A DNA stretch of 64,000 nucleotides from Rhina ancylostomus (taxonomy: Eukaryota), in NCBI GenBank assembly GCA_030265395.1, contig JARFYF010000094.1, forward strand, positions 92,576,721-92,640,720. Reading direction: 5' to 3'. Shown one piece after another: positions 1 to 13,179 of the stretch. The notes under the pieces were generated by a model that saw nothing but the letters and a program-made list of their open reading frames with translations, had not been told where the DNA came from and ran no database searches. The position numbers and the translations under genes are program-made. The stretch's first letter is position 1; each line of letters opens with the position of its first letter.

Positions 1-917
1 CATCCTGTTCCTGATTGTCAGTCAGCACCTGTTACTTCACTCTGGACATGTACGGTTTTTGATCGGAATGCATTGCCTTCTTTCCAACTTTTCTTTTCCC
101 AAAAGTTTATCAGAGGAAACACTTGCACTCACAAGGATGGCCTCCACACAGTGACAGATTAATCCACACTGAGTGCACTTCCTTCAGAGAGAGGACACTA
201 ATTATTAAGAAGGCACTTAGGACACAATGAGAGCTGACATCTGACAGACCACTCTCTGCCAGCTTTGCATTGTCTTACTGTCAGACACTGTCAGTTCCCA
301 GGCTTAATTACATCCTGTTTACAAACATTAGGGATGGCTTCAGATGAGGCCTATCTGAAGGTTGTCAAAGGTCAGGGTCGTGTCGCAAGGATGATGTTAT
401 CTGTCTGTAACAACTAGTCCAAAAAATTAGGTAATGGTATTTGACCAATTTCTTTGAATCTCTTTACTTGACCAATCTCAATCAGCTCTGAGATAAAGTT
501 AATGTCCCATAGTCAATAAAAACAGAGCTATTGCAAACATATATTGATAATCAGTTTATATTATGACATTAAATTGTTATTTTTAAACAATTATTCTCAA
601 TTTATCTGTTTTGGAAAAGATAATTTATGACGTGTTTCTAATTCAGGAATTAAGCATAGTGAGGGACTTCTGTCCAGAAACTGGAATGTAAACATTTTTG
701 ATGCGCTAAAACATAGTGTGTTTTAGTGCTGATATCCAATTGGGAACTCACCCCCCACCCCCAAATTGCAAAACTGTCCAAAATCCAGATTTACACACAG
801 AAGGAAGTACTATATTGAGACAAGTGCAATTTCTCACCCAATTTCTTGGATCTCCTAACAATCAGAATGAGTACACAGCTTTGAGGGAAGATCAACAGTC
901 TTTAAGAGACACTACAC

Positions 918-1160
918 ATGACAGACACAGCACCAGCACAGTCTTCGGCTGCCATGAAGGAGACTGAGGCTGCAGGGGAGAGGGAGATAGCTCCCACAAT
1001 AACTCAAAGGGACATGCAAGTCTTGGTCAATGAGATCATCATACCAAGGAGTCCAGGAGGTCGACCAGTTCCATTACAGGAAGAACCTATCAGGTCTCCT
1101 CCAGGAATGAGAAGCCTCACAATGGCTAAGAAAAAAATCACAATCTCACAAGATACATCA
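918..1160 (+). pseudogene. Degenerate Myb/SANT-like (Harbinger ORF2/MSANTD-type) coding remnant
   Basis: Translation ERE-IAP-TITQRDMQVLVNEI...PGGRP...KKK(fs)HNLT resembles the RERAPRFSDxDLEVLVxEV...RKKFNDLT pattern of Harbinger Myb-like proteins. Confidence 0.4.
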
Positions 1161-1849
1161 ATATGTGGAGCACACTACTCTTTACATGTGCAGTGTGGAA
1201 ATCCTTAACATTTTCAATTGGAGGTCAGAGTTCTTTAAGAGAGGTGCCACTCATCAGGAAATAGAAAGACATTATAGCAAACGATTAAAGTAATTGGAGT
1301 GGGATTCATTCAGTCACGTTACACTCTGGTGAACCTGTACAGCAGAATGTGAGGGGACTTTATCCATTACCTGGCCTCTCCTGGCTGAGCATCAGTGTGC
1401 AATGTTAGTGTTAAGGAGGACTGGAGGGTCAAGAGGTTCAGTTGATATGCACTTCTGAGTTTTATTTTGCTGCCTAATTACAAAAATCATTTCTCTGTTA
1501 GGAGGACTTATTTTCCATGAGCGTAATGGCTGCCTCCTCAGCTCATCAGGGAGATGGGGCTATGGATGTTGAGCAGGTAATCTCTCAATGGTTTGTGTCA
1601 TTAGAATGGATGCTGAGCTGAGTGAATGAGAAGGCTTCAGGTATCCTCAAGAGAAACAGTCTCTCGATACGCCAACAAACTTACATGTATTAAGATTCAA
1701 GAACTGGAATATTTTCTTACAATCAGATATTTACAGAATTGCTAAAATCAGAGAAGCTTGCATCTCTGAAGGAGACAATTTGTCCTGGCATTTATAGACA
1801 AACTCTTTAGCCATTCAGTCCCAGCTCCTTCCCTTGCACAAGAACATGT

Positions 1850-2400
1850 ATTCATCTATTTTTCCACTGTAAAAATCCTTTTGGTTGCTGTTTCCACTAT
1901 TGTTTCTGATGGGGCAGCCTGCATCTCGCTTACACAGAATGTAAAAGATCTCCTAATCATTCTCCTTGTGGCAAGCTTAAATTTATGCTCTCTAGTCAGT
2001 GACTCTCTCTTTTCTGCTGCCTTGCTATTTTCTACTAACCACATTATTTTCTTCAATATTAGTACAAGATATCATATAGTCTCTTTCACTTGGATTTTTT
2101 TATTTCTCAGAGGAGCAACGTTTGCATCACTTGTCTGTTTCTGTTGGAACTATGTCTGGTTCCAACTCTTGTTTGAACATTTCTCACTGTTGGCCCACTG
2201 TTGTATCTGCCAAGTTTTCCTTCTGACTAATCTGGGCTTGCTCCCTTTGCACTGCATTGAAACTGTTGTATTTCTAATCAAAGACATTGACATTTTACTG
2301 CTTCAATGTGTTTAAAATTATTAGTCACATTTAAAGTCACTAAATGATTGCTCTGAATGTATACTTCTTGCAGCAAGTCTTCATTAAACTGCAGCATCGA
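1850..2400 (-). mobile_element. Highly decayed CR1-type LINE ORF2 fragment
   Basis: T-rich plus strand and K/R/E-rich minus-strand translation, typical of antisense CR1 ORF2 between the endonuclease and RT domains; no clean motif. Confidence 0.3.
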
Positions 2401-3879
2401 TGAGAAATAAATATTCCCCCATAGTGACACTATGAGGTTATGTTGTAAATCCCAAGTCTATAGCAATGAATGAAGACTCTCTGGAGAAGGCAATCTCACG
2501 TTAGGCTCTATTATCAGAACAGGTCTTGACTTTAAATTCACTCTGCAGTTTGTTACCATCAATGAAATCATTTTGCAACTTTAACAACTCTTCGGTAATA
2601 TAAATGGAGCTATGCTAAATATTCTTTTAATTCACTGATCTGATTCTGACCACAAAGGTGCCTTTTTTGACCCCAGTTGAAAAGGAATTACTTGTTAAGA
2701 TTAATAATTCCATAAGTAAAAGAAGTTATTCTTGGAGTAACTATTAGCTTAACTTAAAGTTATATAATCAAAATCAGGGTCACACAATATGAAACTCACA
2801 TAGCCTGCTTGTGTCAGTGAAATAAATTGTTGGGTTGAGCAATGCTTCATCCAGCAATTTTGAAGGAAAGATATATAGTACATCCTTCTTACAGACAGAT
2901 CAGTTAACTCTGATGCAACACTCACAACGAGCCCCAATTAAGTGTTCTTATCCAACATTCCAAACAGAAATTACAAACAATGACCTCAAGCTAAGCATGT
3001 GCAAAGAAATTAAATAAAAACATTTGTCATTTACAAGAATATATGGCAATAGGAGTCTCATGACAATTGTTTGTTATGATGTTTGGTAACTACATGACTT
3101 TATGTGGAAGAGAGGTTTAATGATTTGGAATAGCTTTACAAAGACAGAAACAGAATAAGATAGGTTCCACATGCAGTGAAGATTTAAGCCAGTTTCCCCT
3201 CTATTTTCATGTTGGTAAGTGGTTCCTGATTAATTGTTTAGCACCTTGTTATTAGTTGCCAGAGGTTAACTGGACTAAATTGCCTGCTTAACTCTCCTTT
3301 AAATTGTTCTAAACTGCCAGGATCTCTGTTGAGGAAAGCTTTGATTAATTTGCATTTGGCTCCCCAGTATATTGTTGAGCATTTCTACTTACCCAGTACA
3401 CCCTATCTCCTCCACCTTCCTCCAGTTCATCAACTTGCCTTTGCATGTGGCATGTATATGATTTGTACAACACTACAGCCAGGGCTTCAGCACAGAAATG
3501 AGCTTCATGTTAAGGTGCAGGTGGGGGAGAGTTGGGCAGAACATTAGTGTTGTTGCATGGTCTGGAAATCTAGAAAAATGGGCTCCAGAATGGGAAGCCT
3601 GCTTCACAAAGCCACAGCCTATGAGACTGGATGGATGTTCTAGATAGTAAGAAAAATCATAATTATTTGTGGTGGTGANNNNNNNNNNNNNNNNNNNNNN
3701 NNNNNNNNNNNNNNNNNNNNNNNNNNNNNNNNGGGTGCTCTGAAGGAAACAACCCTGTTCTTCATGGTTGTCAATCAGCATTGTAAAGGAAGTTATCTCA
3801 CCAGTTCAGCTCTTCCTGTCGCCTTTTTAATTGTTGGATTTCTGAGATGCCTGTGGTAAAAATCATGCTCAATGATGCA

Positions 3880-3970
3880 ATATAAATCTGCTGGAGGAAG
3901 TCAGCGGGTCAAGCAACATGTGTGGGAGAGGAATTATTGATGTTTCAGGTCAAAACCTTGCATCAGTCCT
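3880..3970 (-). mobile_element. MER6/Penelope-like chondrichthyan repeat with degenerate hammerhead core
   Basis: ctgctggaggaagtcagcgggtcaagcaacatgtgtgggaga...tgtttcaggtcaaaaccttgcatcag; same family recurs at about 8.4, 22.0, 43.6, 50.9, 55.3 and 59.0 kb. Confidence 0.65.
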
Positions 3971-3997
3971 CTAATCTTCCCTCATGCTAGATGAAAT

Positions 3998-4227
3998 TGA
4001 GTTTGTACGTTCTCCCCATGAGTCTGCGTGGGTTTTCTCCAGGTGCTCCAGTTTCCTCCCACATTCCAAAGACGTACGGGTTAGGTTAGGAAGTTGTGGG
4101 CATGCTATGTTGGTGCCAAAAGCATAGCGACACTTGCGGGCTGCCCCCAGAACACTCTACACAAATGATGCATTTCACTCTGTGCTTTGATGTACATGTG
4201 ACTAATAAAGATGTCTGATCTGATCTG
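3998..4227 (+). mobile_element. V-SINE/HE1-type SINE (5'-truncated) with (TCTGA)n tail
   Basis: V-domain-like gagtttgtacgttctccccatg...ggtgctccagtttcctcccacattccaaagacgt, then aataaa and tctgatctgatctga. Confidence 0.85.
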
Positions 4228-4639
4228 AATTGGGCAGTCTCGTTATAATATTTAAGTAACCAACCCACCTTCCCTCAAGCGGATTGGTTGTCCTATCTCC
4301 ACGAAAACTTGAAACGGGTAGAAAGGTTCCTAACCAGTTCTTTCTGGAAATTAACATCCAAAACAAACCCAAACCATCTGCTGGTGGCATCATTTTGATA
4401 CTGGAAAATTATCAGGTAAGCTATCACGAGTGGCTCATGAACATGCTCAGACTAATTTCACATCTGGTGCCATTTCACTTAGAAATGATCCCTAGCACAG
4501 CCTCCTGCAGGCAAAGTCAAAACATGTAGAATTCTTTCTGTCACTGGTTTATGTATAAAACTGTGGAATTAGATTATGATTTTGGTTCCAGATTTCCTAA
4601 AACATTCAGTTCCAAATCACTAGAATCAATTATTATTTT

Positions 4640-4960
4640 TACAGAATATGGGCATCTCTGTAGAAGCCAGACTTAATTATCCATCCCTCAGTGTCCTTGG
4701 GAATGCGAATGATGAGCTGCCTTCTTGAACTACTCGTGGTGAACTTACTTCTGCACTGCTGTTGAGTTGGGGCTTCCAGTATTTGGAATCGGAGGTGCTG
4801 AAGGGAAATTGATTATATTTTCAAGTCAAGGAAGGTCTGTGATAAGGGAAATGGAAGAAATGGCAAGTGGTATTCCCAGCTGCCCTTGTTCTTCCAGGGA
4901 ATAAAGATTACAAGTTTGGGAAGCGCCATCATAAAAATAATAGGAATGAGTGCAACTAGC
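4640..4960 (-). mobile_element. CR1/L2-group LINE 3' fragment
   Basis: Similar to copies at 12.7-13.1, 29.4-29.7 and 30.9-31.1 kb (gagctgccttcttgaac...ttccagtatttgg...tcaagtcaagg). Confidence 0.6.
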
Positions 4961-5959
4961 AAGTGGTTCTCTCACATGCATCTAAAGCTACAGACCAAAG
5001 AAAAATCTTTATCCATTCCCTCATCTTCTGGAGCAATGCACAACTGTACTGCAATCTGCCAAATTGAATTGTGACTGGCTCTGAGCTAAGAAAAGAGATC
5101 AAATTAAAATAAATTAAACTAATCTTCCATTTTAGAATCTCAGAAATGAAAGCATTTCTTGATTTTGTCTGTAACTCTTTATTGTGGTTACCCAGCTCTT
5201 AGGACAAGTCAAGAATGATTAGATTGACAAATTAGCCCAGATAAAGGCCACTTCCAGTTGAAGTGTTGATTAAATCAAATTAGCAGTACAGACATTTTAT
5301 AGCTAAGCACAGTTATAACTCACACGTTATATATGTTAATATTGGATTGTCAGGTCACCTGCTCACTGCTTGACTGACTGCCATCTCATTGGCATCTTTT
5401 GCAGGCAGTGAACAAACCTGGGTTTCAGTTGCTATACTTAACCGATGTCAAAACTCTAGGTTGGTTCCCTAGGTGACAGCAACTTGCATTGTTTTAAAAT
5501 ACACAAAATGCAATATAATTGAGATGGATGTCATTGAAGTTTGGATAATTTTAAGAAGCTGGGGTGCGGCTGGTAGCAATGATTTGGGTGATTTTGTATA
5601 TTGGTCAGTGTTGGATAAATTACATCATGTTTCTCTTCTGATTCTCATTTCCAAGTACACACTACAACCTCTTGCTTTCATGTAGAAATGTTGTATTATG
5701 TCAAAAAGCCCTGAATGGCCACATAATTTACTTCTTATATTCTTCAAGTCAGCAGACAAGTACAAATATGACATTCTGTCTCGTGGGTTCACTCTTGAAA
5801 GAAAAAATATATTGTTCTGGTGCAATAAAGCTGACCATCAAGGTATCATTGATGTGGTTGGCACAGTGGTTGTCTCACAAGGGTTGCCCAGAATGAGACT
5901 GAGCCATAAGGATTCAGAGCTATGGCGATGTTCACTGTGGCTAATATTTAAATGGTTCT

Positions 5960-6200
5960 GATGATCATCACAGGGTGGAAGTGTCCACCCTATCATTAGC
6001 CTCCTTGGCTACAGCTTCTCAGTTGCTGCCAAGTAGTTCTGGCTTATCCAGAAGGGACCTGACCATCTTTGCCTCACTAGTAATTGGGTTTCTTTTAGTA
6101 TTAATTTTTCTCCAAGTCCAGGTGTTGTGCTGGTGCATATTGAACCCCTATTCTATCCTTCTCACTAAAGCTTGTTCTTCCTCTCCTCTCTTGCCGATTT
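5960..6200 (-). pseudogene. Possible Myb/SANT-like Harbinger remnant
   Basis: Minus strand reads RQERRGRTSFSEKD...(W>stop)EAVAKEAN, like the FSxxE...WxxVAxxVN trihelix motif. Confidence 0.3.
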
Positions 6201-8349
6201 GGTCTGATTATTGCAATGCAGCCTGCCATATCATTATAATACTGCCATCTCAAGTGCACGTCACGTGTCAAGCAATAGTTTATAATAGCATTAAAATTCT
6301 AAACAGGTCTAGCAAAATGATTCAGTGATTTAACTCCAACTGGTCATGTTTGGGGAAAGTCGATGTGTAGTGAAACCAAGTAAAATGTGAATGCAGCATG
6401 CTTGAAATAATTTGCTTTTGGCACATTAATAGAAGCACTGGTGGTAAAGTTGCAAGCAGATGCCAGAAATATTGCAATATTCTTTTATCAATGAGTGGCA
6501 TTAGAATCCAACTGTCATGAATAGTTGTTAAATGCCTCTGACTATCAGAGATATTTAACAGCAATTTGAAAGCCTATGACCACTGTATTTCTAGGGAAGG
6601 AGCCTCAGTGGTAAATGTTTCAGGCCTAGTTGTCTTGTGGAGCCTGCTCCATTCTCCCTCCTTTATTGGTGGCATATTGATACCACATAAAACCAAATAG
6701 TAACATCCACAGGAAAGGTTGCTTTAGCCTACAAGTGATAGCAGAATGACAACTAATTAGGATCTCCTAATACTTCCATCCAAAACTAATAAAAAGCATG
6801 CATCATGAGAAAGGAAAGTCCAGATACTCATTTCAAAGAATAACACAAGACTGTTTGTTCAGGAATAATGATAATCATTGGTGTTTTTGCAGACAGACTG
6901 GTAAAACATTCAGTTCAAACTGCTCTAATCATCCCAGCCAGTAATGTTTTCAAAAATGCACCATCAAGTCTGTTCAAATTTTTGAGATTTTTTTTCAGCT
7001 TTAAGTGAACTAAGACTTTAAAGAACGATTGCCCAGGAACAATATTACGCTACCAGATGTTGGTAAACATGAACCTTGCCTGTGTTTAAAAAAGAAAGCA
7101 AAAGTTTACTGACAAAATCAAATGTAGTTGTTTTTTTTTCTTCTGCCACAGGACAAGCCATAGCTGAGGCCAGTATAATAATTTGAAACAAGATCTTTTA
7201 CAACAAAGCATTCCCAGTTGTTTCAACGAACTTGGCCTGGAAATTCTCTGACACAATGTCAACAGCCGTTTTGAAATGGGCGCAGTTACAATATGATGGA
7301 GTGTGAGCCAGACTTCGTCCTGGTAACCCTACTCTAGATATTTTAGCAGCAGAATCAGTATGATGGACTACAAGATGATTTGAAACTGTAAAAGGAGAAA
7401 AATAATCTGTGTGGGGAAAAGGGCCAGTGAGTCATTGGCTGTTTCATTACCATTTTCTCCCTGTATAAACATAGAAAAAAACATATTCTAAGATATATGT
7501 TATCTTTACATTCCTCCAGAAGAAATGTTCCACTCTGGACTTGCTTTTTTTTTTGAAGACCGCCATTGCCTCCATTTTTTCTGTAGTTTTCCTTTCTCTT
7601 GCTCAACCCGCCAGAAATTATTCAACAGTAAAATCAACCTCCTTCCACTAATGACCTTACCCCAAGCCTCACCATCCCATAGATGGACTGGAATAAGTTA
7701 AGCCAATGTGCCAGGCTGGGTCACATTGCACTCAGCCTACTAACTGGATTGGCTACCTGCAGTACCCACTTACTGGCCCTTAGCTTTTATAGTGGCAGAG
7801 AACTGAAAACGTTGACTCTCTGCACTAACAGGTGTTGTATCACTGAGGATCCTTCCTAGAAAGTTGCTGTCTTCTGAATAGTTTTCAAATGTCTCTGACA
7901 GTGAGAGCCATTTTACAGCTATTCAATTAGATTTATTTAAAATGTTAGCTTAAAAACTAAAGTACTAATAAATAATTTAGAAAGTAAAGTAAAATTAATG
8001 AAATAGATTACAAACAATACCTGTGTATATTATTTTCCACAGGGTTGGTGACTTCATTCATATAAATGGCTACAGTTATTTGAAAGATGAGAGACATCTC
8101 AAGTAGTTATAACAAGCTTGTGATGCATTTTTAAAGACATTCATGGCTTAGATGTGTGCTAACCCAGCCCTGGAGTAAAGTTGAAGAATCAAATGTAAAG
8201 TGTATCTAACCCCACTCTCCAACACAAGTATTTTGTTGCACATTGAGCCTTGAGGTGGAGTAAGAGGATAGAATCACTGGCATCTGATCTCAATTTCATT
8301 TCAGGCTAAACAGACACGTAATAAGCCCTGTCTGTCAGTCAGGATTCAG

Positions 8350-8530
8350 TCCATTATCTCTTTCCTTCCACCCAATCACCAATCTTCCCTTTTCTTCTGC
8401 CCACCCCATTTCTCTGTATCCCATAACTTGTCTTATTTCTAACAATTGTCAGACCTGAAACATTAACTGTTTCTCTCTCCACAGATGCTGCCTGACCTGC
8501 TCAGTATTTACTGAATCCGATCTCCTGCAA
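8350..8530 (+). mobile_element. MER6/Penelope-like repeat fragment
   Basis: gacctgaaacattaactgtttctctctccacagatgctgcctgacctgctcagtattt. Confidence 0.6.
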
Positions 8531-11071
8531 TAAGCAGTATCTTCCTTTTGTAGAATCTATGACCATCTCCAAGTTCCACCCAGATTATTTGCTCCAAAAA
8601 GCTTTACATGTGAAAAATATTTCTCATCTTAAAATAGTGTCCAAATCAATGACAGATAGGCAATCAGCAGACTCTATCAAAAGCAATGATATTCATCATT
8701 GGTTATCCACTATAAATATCCTCTCTATTATCTCTTAACTTTATAAATGTGGGCAATAATTACAATCTAATCACATAGTTGGGTAAAATGCATGCACAGA
8801 TAAAGTCTCATCAGTGATTTACTATGTTATTAATTGTTATCAAAATCTTTGGCTAGGCAAAAGTACCACTTGTGGTTAATTATTATTTTTAAGGATCAAT
8901 TTGATTAGCTGCATTGGAAGAATTAATGTCTGGTGAAAGACTACAGCTTTATCAAGAGTCTCACATTGCTTCATAAAAGTATANNNNNNNNNNNNNNNNN
9001 NNNNNNNNNNNNNNNNNNNNNNNNNNNNNNNNNNNNNNNNNNNNNNNNNNNNNNNNNNNNNNNNNNNNNNNNGTTATGATACTAAAGAATAATAAATCAG
9101 TGGTGCAATGTTTAAACAGAATTGTTCAGCTCTTTTTCTATGCAGTGTATTTTAATGTTAAAAGGTAACAATCATAACAGGGCAGATACATTGCAGACGT
9201 ACAACCACTCTGCCTGGCAATTTGCAGACTGCAAAATAGTTGATACCTTCAACATTGACCCTCAACCATTTCCTATTTGCCTGCCCCACTGAAATTATTA
9301 CAATCAAGCACAGCTTAAGAGTATGGGTTATGACCAATGGGTGTACTATTGCACTGCAACAGTTTTGTAATATCAAAGTTCCATTATTACTTGCTTAGTC
9401 TGTGATTTTCTTTATTTGGTGTTAAGTGCTGCCACTTCACAGCCCATGTGTCTCTCACAATACCTTTTGGAGCACAGATGATTTCTGCATTTCCACCGAC
9501 AGATAAGTTGTTGTTTGCTCAGCAACCAAGGGCCTGAAAAGATGACATATTTATGATGTGCAGTGCACAGTCCTTGTACTCACATGAGGTGCTAAAACAT
9601 GAATAACACTCACAGCTTATGTGATTGCATCCACATAAAGCATTCAATTGGTCATTGTATAATTCCTCATCAGGAACATTCAGAAAAAGAAATGGCTTTC
9701 TGTACTTCACTCAGACTAATCGAAATTCCTCTTGCCACTTTTTTGTCTCTCTGTCCAGCAGTTGCCTATACCATTGAAATGTGTATTTCATGTTTTGTTC
9801 CCACAATCTATGCTTGCCAGTCCACTCTACCCCTCTCCTTTTTCACTCACTAGCAAGAGGTCATGATACTAAGTACTTACAAAAGATGCAAAACATTTTA
9901 TGAAGTGAATGTGAACATCTTAGTAACTAGAAAACCTCTGTCATCATCATTTTCATGCCAGCATCTAAACAAGTGCCACACTCCAATTTCATACAATGCT
10001 AACACAGTAAATGCAACCAGAGTATCACAAGGTTAACAAGAAAAAGGTGATTTGTATTCAAGGTCAAAGTTGCAGGAGCAAAGAGCATTTTTTTGAATGT
10101 TGGTGTTTCTGTTACTTTAGTGGTTGTTTAGAGCTTTTGTTGCAATACAAAACTCAACATGGTCAGTTACTCAACTTGTGTTACGATACTTGGGGAAAAC
10201 CAATTTTAACACCCACACTGAGCAATAATTAACAAATATATCCCTTTGTCCAAAATAGAGATTTAATCTCAAAATCTAAATTTCACTGCAGCTCATATGG
10301 GGGAATAAAATCAGCTGCATCTGTATGATTTGGGAGGGGAAGACTTACAAGGTTATTCTGTATGACTGGACTGTGGCAGTAGGAAAGCCCTGGTGTTAGG
10401 GAATGAAGATCCACCTAAATTTTACCTGACCTAATTACTTTGGCTCAGTAGTTTTTATCATTCAACTTAAAAATTGACATTTAATAGATTGAAGCCCATT
10501 CAGGTCAACATGACCTGCAAAACCAAAACTTTGGAAAACTCCAGTTGATTCATTTGTACTTGATGAATGCTTATCTTTTTGAAGCAGTTTCTTTCTTTCT
10601 TCTCCCTGCAGTTCATTCTTATTAATTCTGTTGTTCTTTTGCCTTCCAAAAATAACTCAGATGGACCAGTAATCTGAATTAAGCAATTGGATTTAAAAGG
10701 CAGTGTAGCCTTTTTAACACACAATGAATATAATTTAAATTAAGTAATTTTGAATGAACAGGAGAATGTATAACACGCCCTTTCCCATCTCCCTTGAGAG
10801 ATCCTGTTATTTTATTACATAACCTCATTTCTGAATCTAGTGTCTCTTAATGATGCTGCTGACAGCCTGGGTTTGGAATGATAATGTTTACATTTTGTTG
10901 GAAAAAACTTCAGATGTGACAATGGATAAAATACTTTGCTACCAAGATAAAAATAAAGAACATTTTATTTAACCTTTTTAAATTATCTTTTGCTTTTGTG
11001 AATAAATATGAGCTATATTAGTCTGAAATTCATGGCCCTGTATTTATGTTTTTTGGTTTACTTTAAAGAAA

Positions 11072-11247
11072 ATTGGAAAATTGGTTTATTTTGTCATATG
11101 TACCAAGGTACAGTGAAAAATTTTGTTTTGCATGCCATCCATACAGATGATTTCATTACATCAATGCATCGAGGTAGTACAAAGGAAAACAATAACAGAA
11201 TGCAGAATAAAGTGTTACAATTACAGAGAAAGTGCAGTGCAGGCAAA
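11072..11247 (-). mobile_element. Rex1/Babar LINE 3' UTR fragment
   Basis: Homologous to 39553-39760 (ttggtttatt..tgtca..gtacagtgaaaaa..ttgcat..gaggtagtaca..acagagaaagt). Confidence 0.7.
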
Positions 11248-11569
11248 CCATTTCTCATTAATATAACATGTTAATAATGAGCATAATTAAATCAGGAGCA
11301 GTGAACTATCCATGTTCTAGGGAGGTAAAATGCTGTTTCCTCCATCTCATTGAAAAGGTTATGGTAAACTTTTCTTTGCCTAGAAAACCCAACTTGGTCA
11401 TCCGGCCCTGAAATGGCACAGGCCATTCCAATCCCAGTGTCAGCATGATAAGGGAACATTTAAGCCCTGCACAACTCCTTTGGATTTGGTGCAGCTTTTC
11501 AACCACCCCAAAACACAACCTAACATAATTTAAGGCTTTGTCACTTGGAGTGAAGAAAATGAAAGATTC

Positions 11570-11820
11570 TAATCTCAGATTGCTTATAGATGAGATGATG
11601 CAGCATTAAAGGGTTAATTAAAGTTAAAAAGACAGCACAGGGCCACTTAAATAATGATGGATGTCAATAGTTTACTAACAAACATAATCTTTGGCCAAGA
11701 GTGGTGACCCATATGCTGCTGTGTTATGCAGACAAAGCTTTGAATCTGTTTTTCCATTTGGGCGGATGACTGATTTGAAAAGACATCGTTGCTTCTCTCC
11801 TTCCCACAGTGCACTCTGGA
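11570..11820. promoter_or_regulatory. Candidate conserved non-coding element/enhancer
   Basis: Repeat-free block with TTAATTAA, CCACTTAA (11643), TGATGGAT (11655) abutting TGTCA (11662). Confidence 0.4.
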
Positions 11821-12679
11821 AAGAGTGGTCCAAATTTATCTGGCCACGCCCTGGATGGTCTTGAGCAACGTTACTTAAAATTCTGATTCCATAGTAGTTT
11901 AAGCCTTTAAAGCAAATAAGGAAACTTCAATCACCATTACCCATGGAATACAGCAAGATTTTGGTGATATCATTGATCCACAATGCATTGTGGGAAGAAG
12001 TCACATCTGACTAGAGTGGATGCAAATTGTGATTTGCCTGTCTGTAATCTGTACTATGTGGTCAAAATAAGCATTCTGTTCACCAATAAACAATTGAAAC
12101 TTGTGGTTCCAGAATGTACACAGTTTCCCTCCAAAATCAAAGGTTTAATACAGTGAATGACACTTCCATCAGACTATGCTTAAGTGTGATGACTTGCATA
12201 TTACAACATCAAAGCTGGAAGAATAATCAATCATGTCAGCAACACACTATACAGAATAACAGGGGTGAAAATAGCAACATTAAATTCATTCTAATGTACT
12301 GCATGGATTCTTCCATTTCTTTAACCAGGGAAAAAAAATGTGGCCAACACTGAGATATTTGGTTCTCCTCTCTAGAGCAGAAGTCATGAGATTAGACAGC
12401 ACATGACAAGTTATCCCGTGGTTTTCTATCCACTGGAGACCTAGCACTATCTACCCAGTTATATCAGAGAACAAACTGAAAGCATTTGTGAATATGGTTG
12501 GGAGATTAGAGAGAAACACAAGATATGGTTGCATAGATTGTTGAGATAATGGAATATTCAGTATGGTACTTGTATTAATGTCAACAATGCTGTTTGATCT
12601 GATGAAGGTTATTAACCTGGGCTTAGAGAGTGAGAAAAAGCTCAATTTGCCAATAAATTCTTTTATTCCATTGTCTTGT

Positions 12680-13085
12680 AGAATATGAATATTACTGGCA
12701 AAACTGGAATTTAATGCCCCATCCTCAATGAACTCAAGTTGAGAGACACAAGCTACCTTCTTGAACCACTTTATGTCTTGTGGTAAGGTAGGAAGTTCTA
12801 GGATTTTAACTGATTGACAGTGATATATTTCCAGTTTGCAGTGGCTGGTGACTGACAGGGGAACTTACTGGTGGTGGCATTCCCTTGTGCTCACTATCCT
12901 TATCCTTTCTAGGTAATAAATGTTGAAGAAATCTTGGCCTTATTTAGATGATATATACTGCAGCCAAGGTGTGCCATTGGTGGAGTGAGTGAACATTTAA
13001 GGTCATGGATAGTGTGACAGTCAATCAGGTTGCTTTGTCCAGTTATGATCAAGCTTTGTGAGTGTTTCTGAAGTGGTGATTGTGC
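12680..13085 (-). mobile_element. CR1/L2-group LINE ORF2 C-terminal/3' fragment
   Basis: Minus strand gives TTSETLTKLD... and ...LNVHSLHQ, like the TTLKKLDTIQDKAARLI...LNIHSLHHRR region of shark LINEs. Confidence 0.7.
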
Positions 13086-13179
13086 AGGGTATATGACGAG
13101 CAAACCTTAAAGCAAGCCTGGGCCTAAAAAGGAAGTGTATCATGGCTGTAGCAGGTGCTGCCAGGTATTCTGCAACTGA

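Noticed and set aside
1881-2315. 144-aa hydrophobic ORF resembling a membrane protein
   Set aside because: T-rich antisense of a probable decayed LINE; non-ATG start and no family motif
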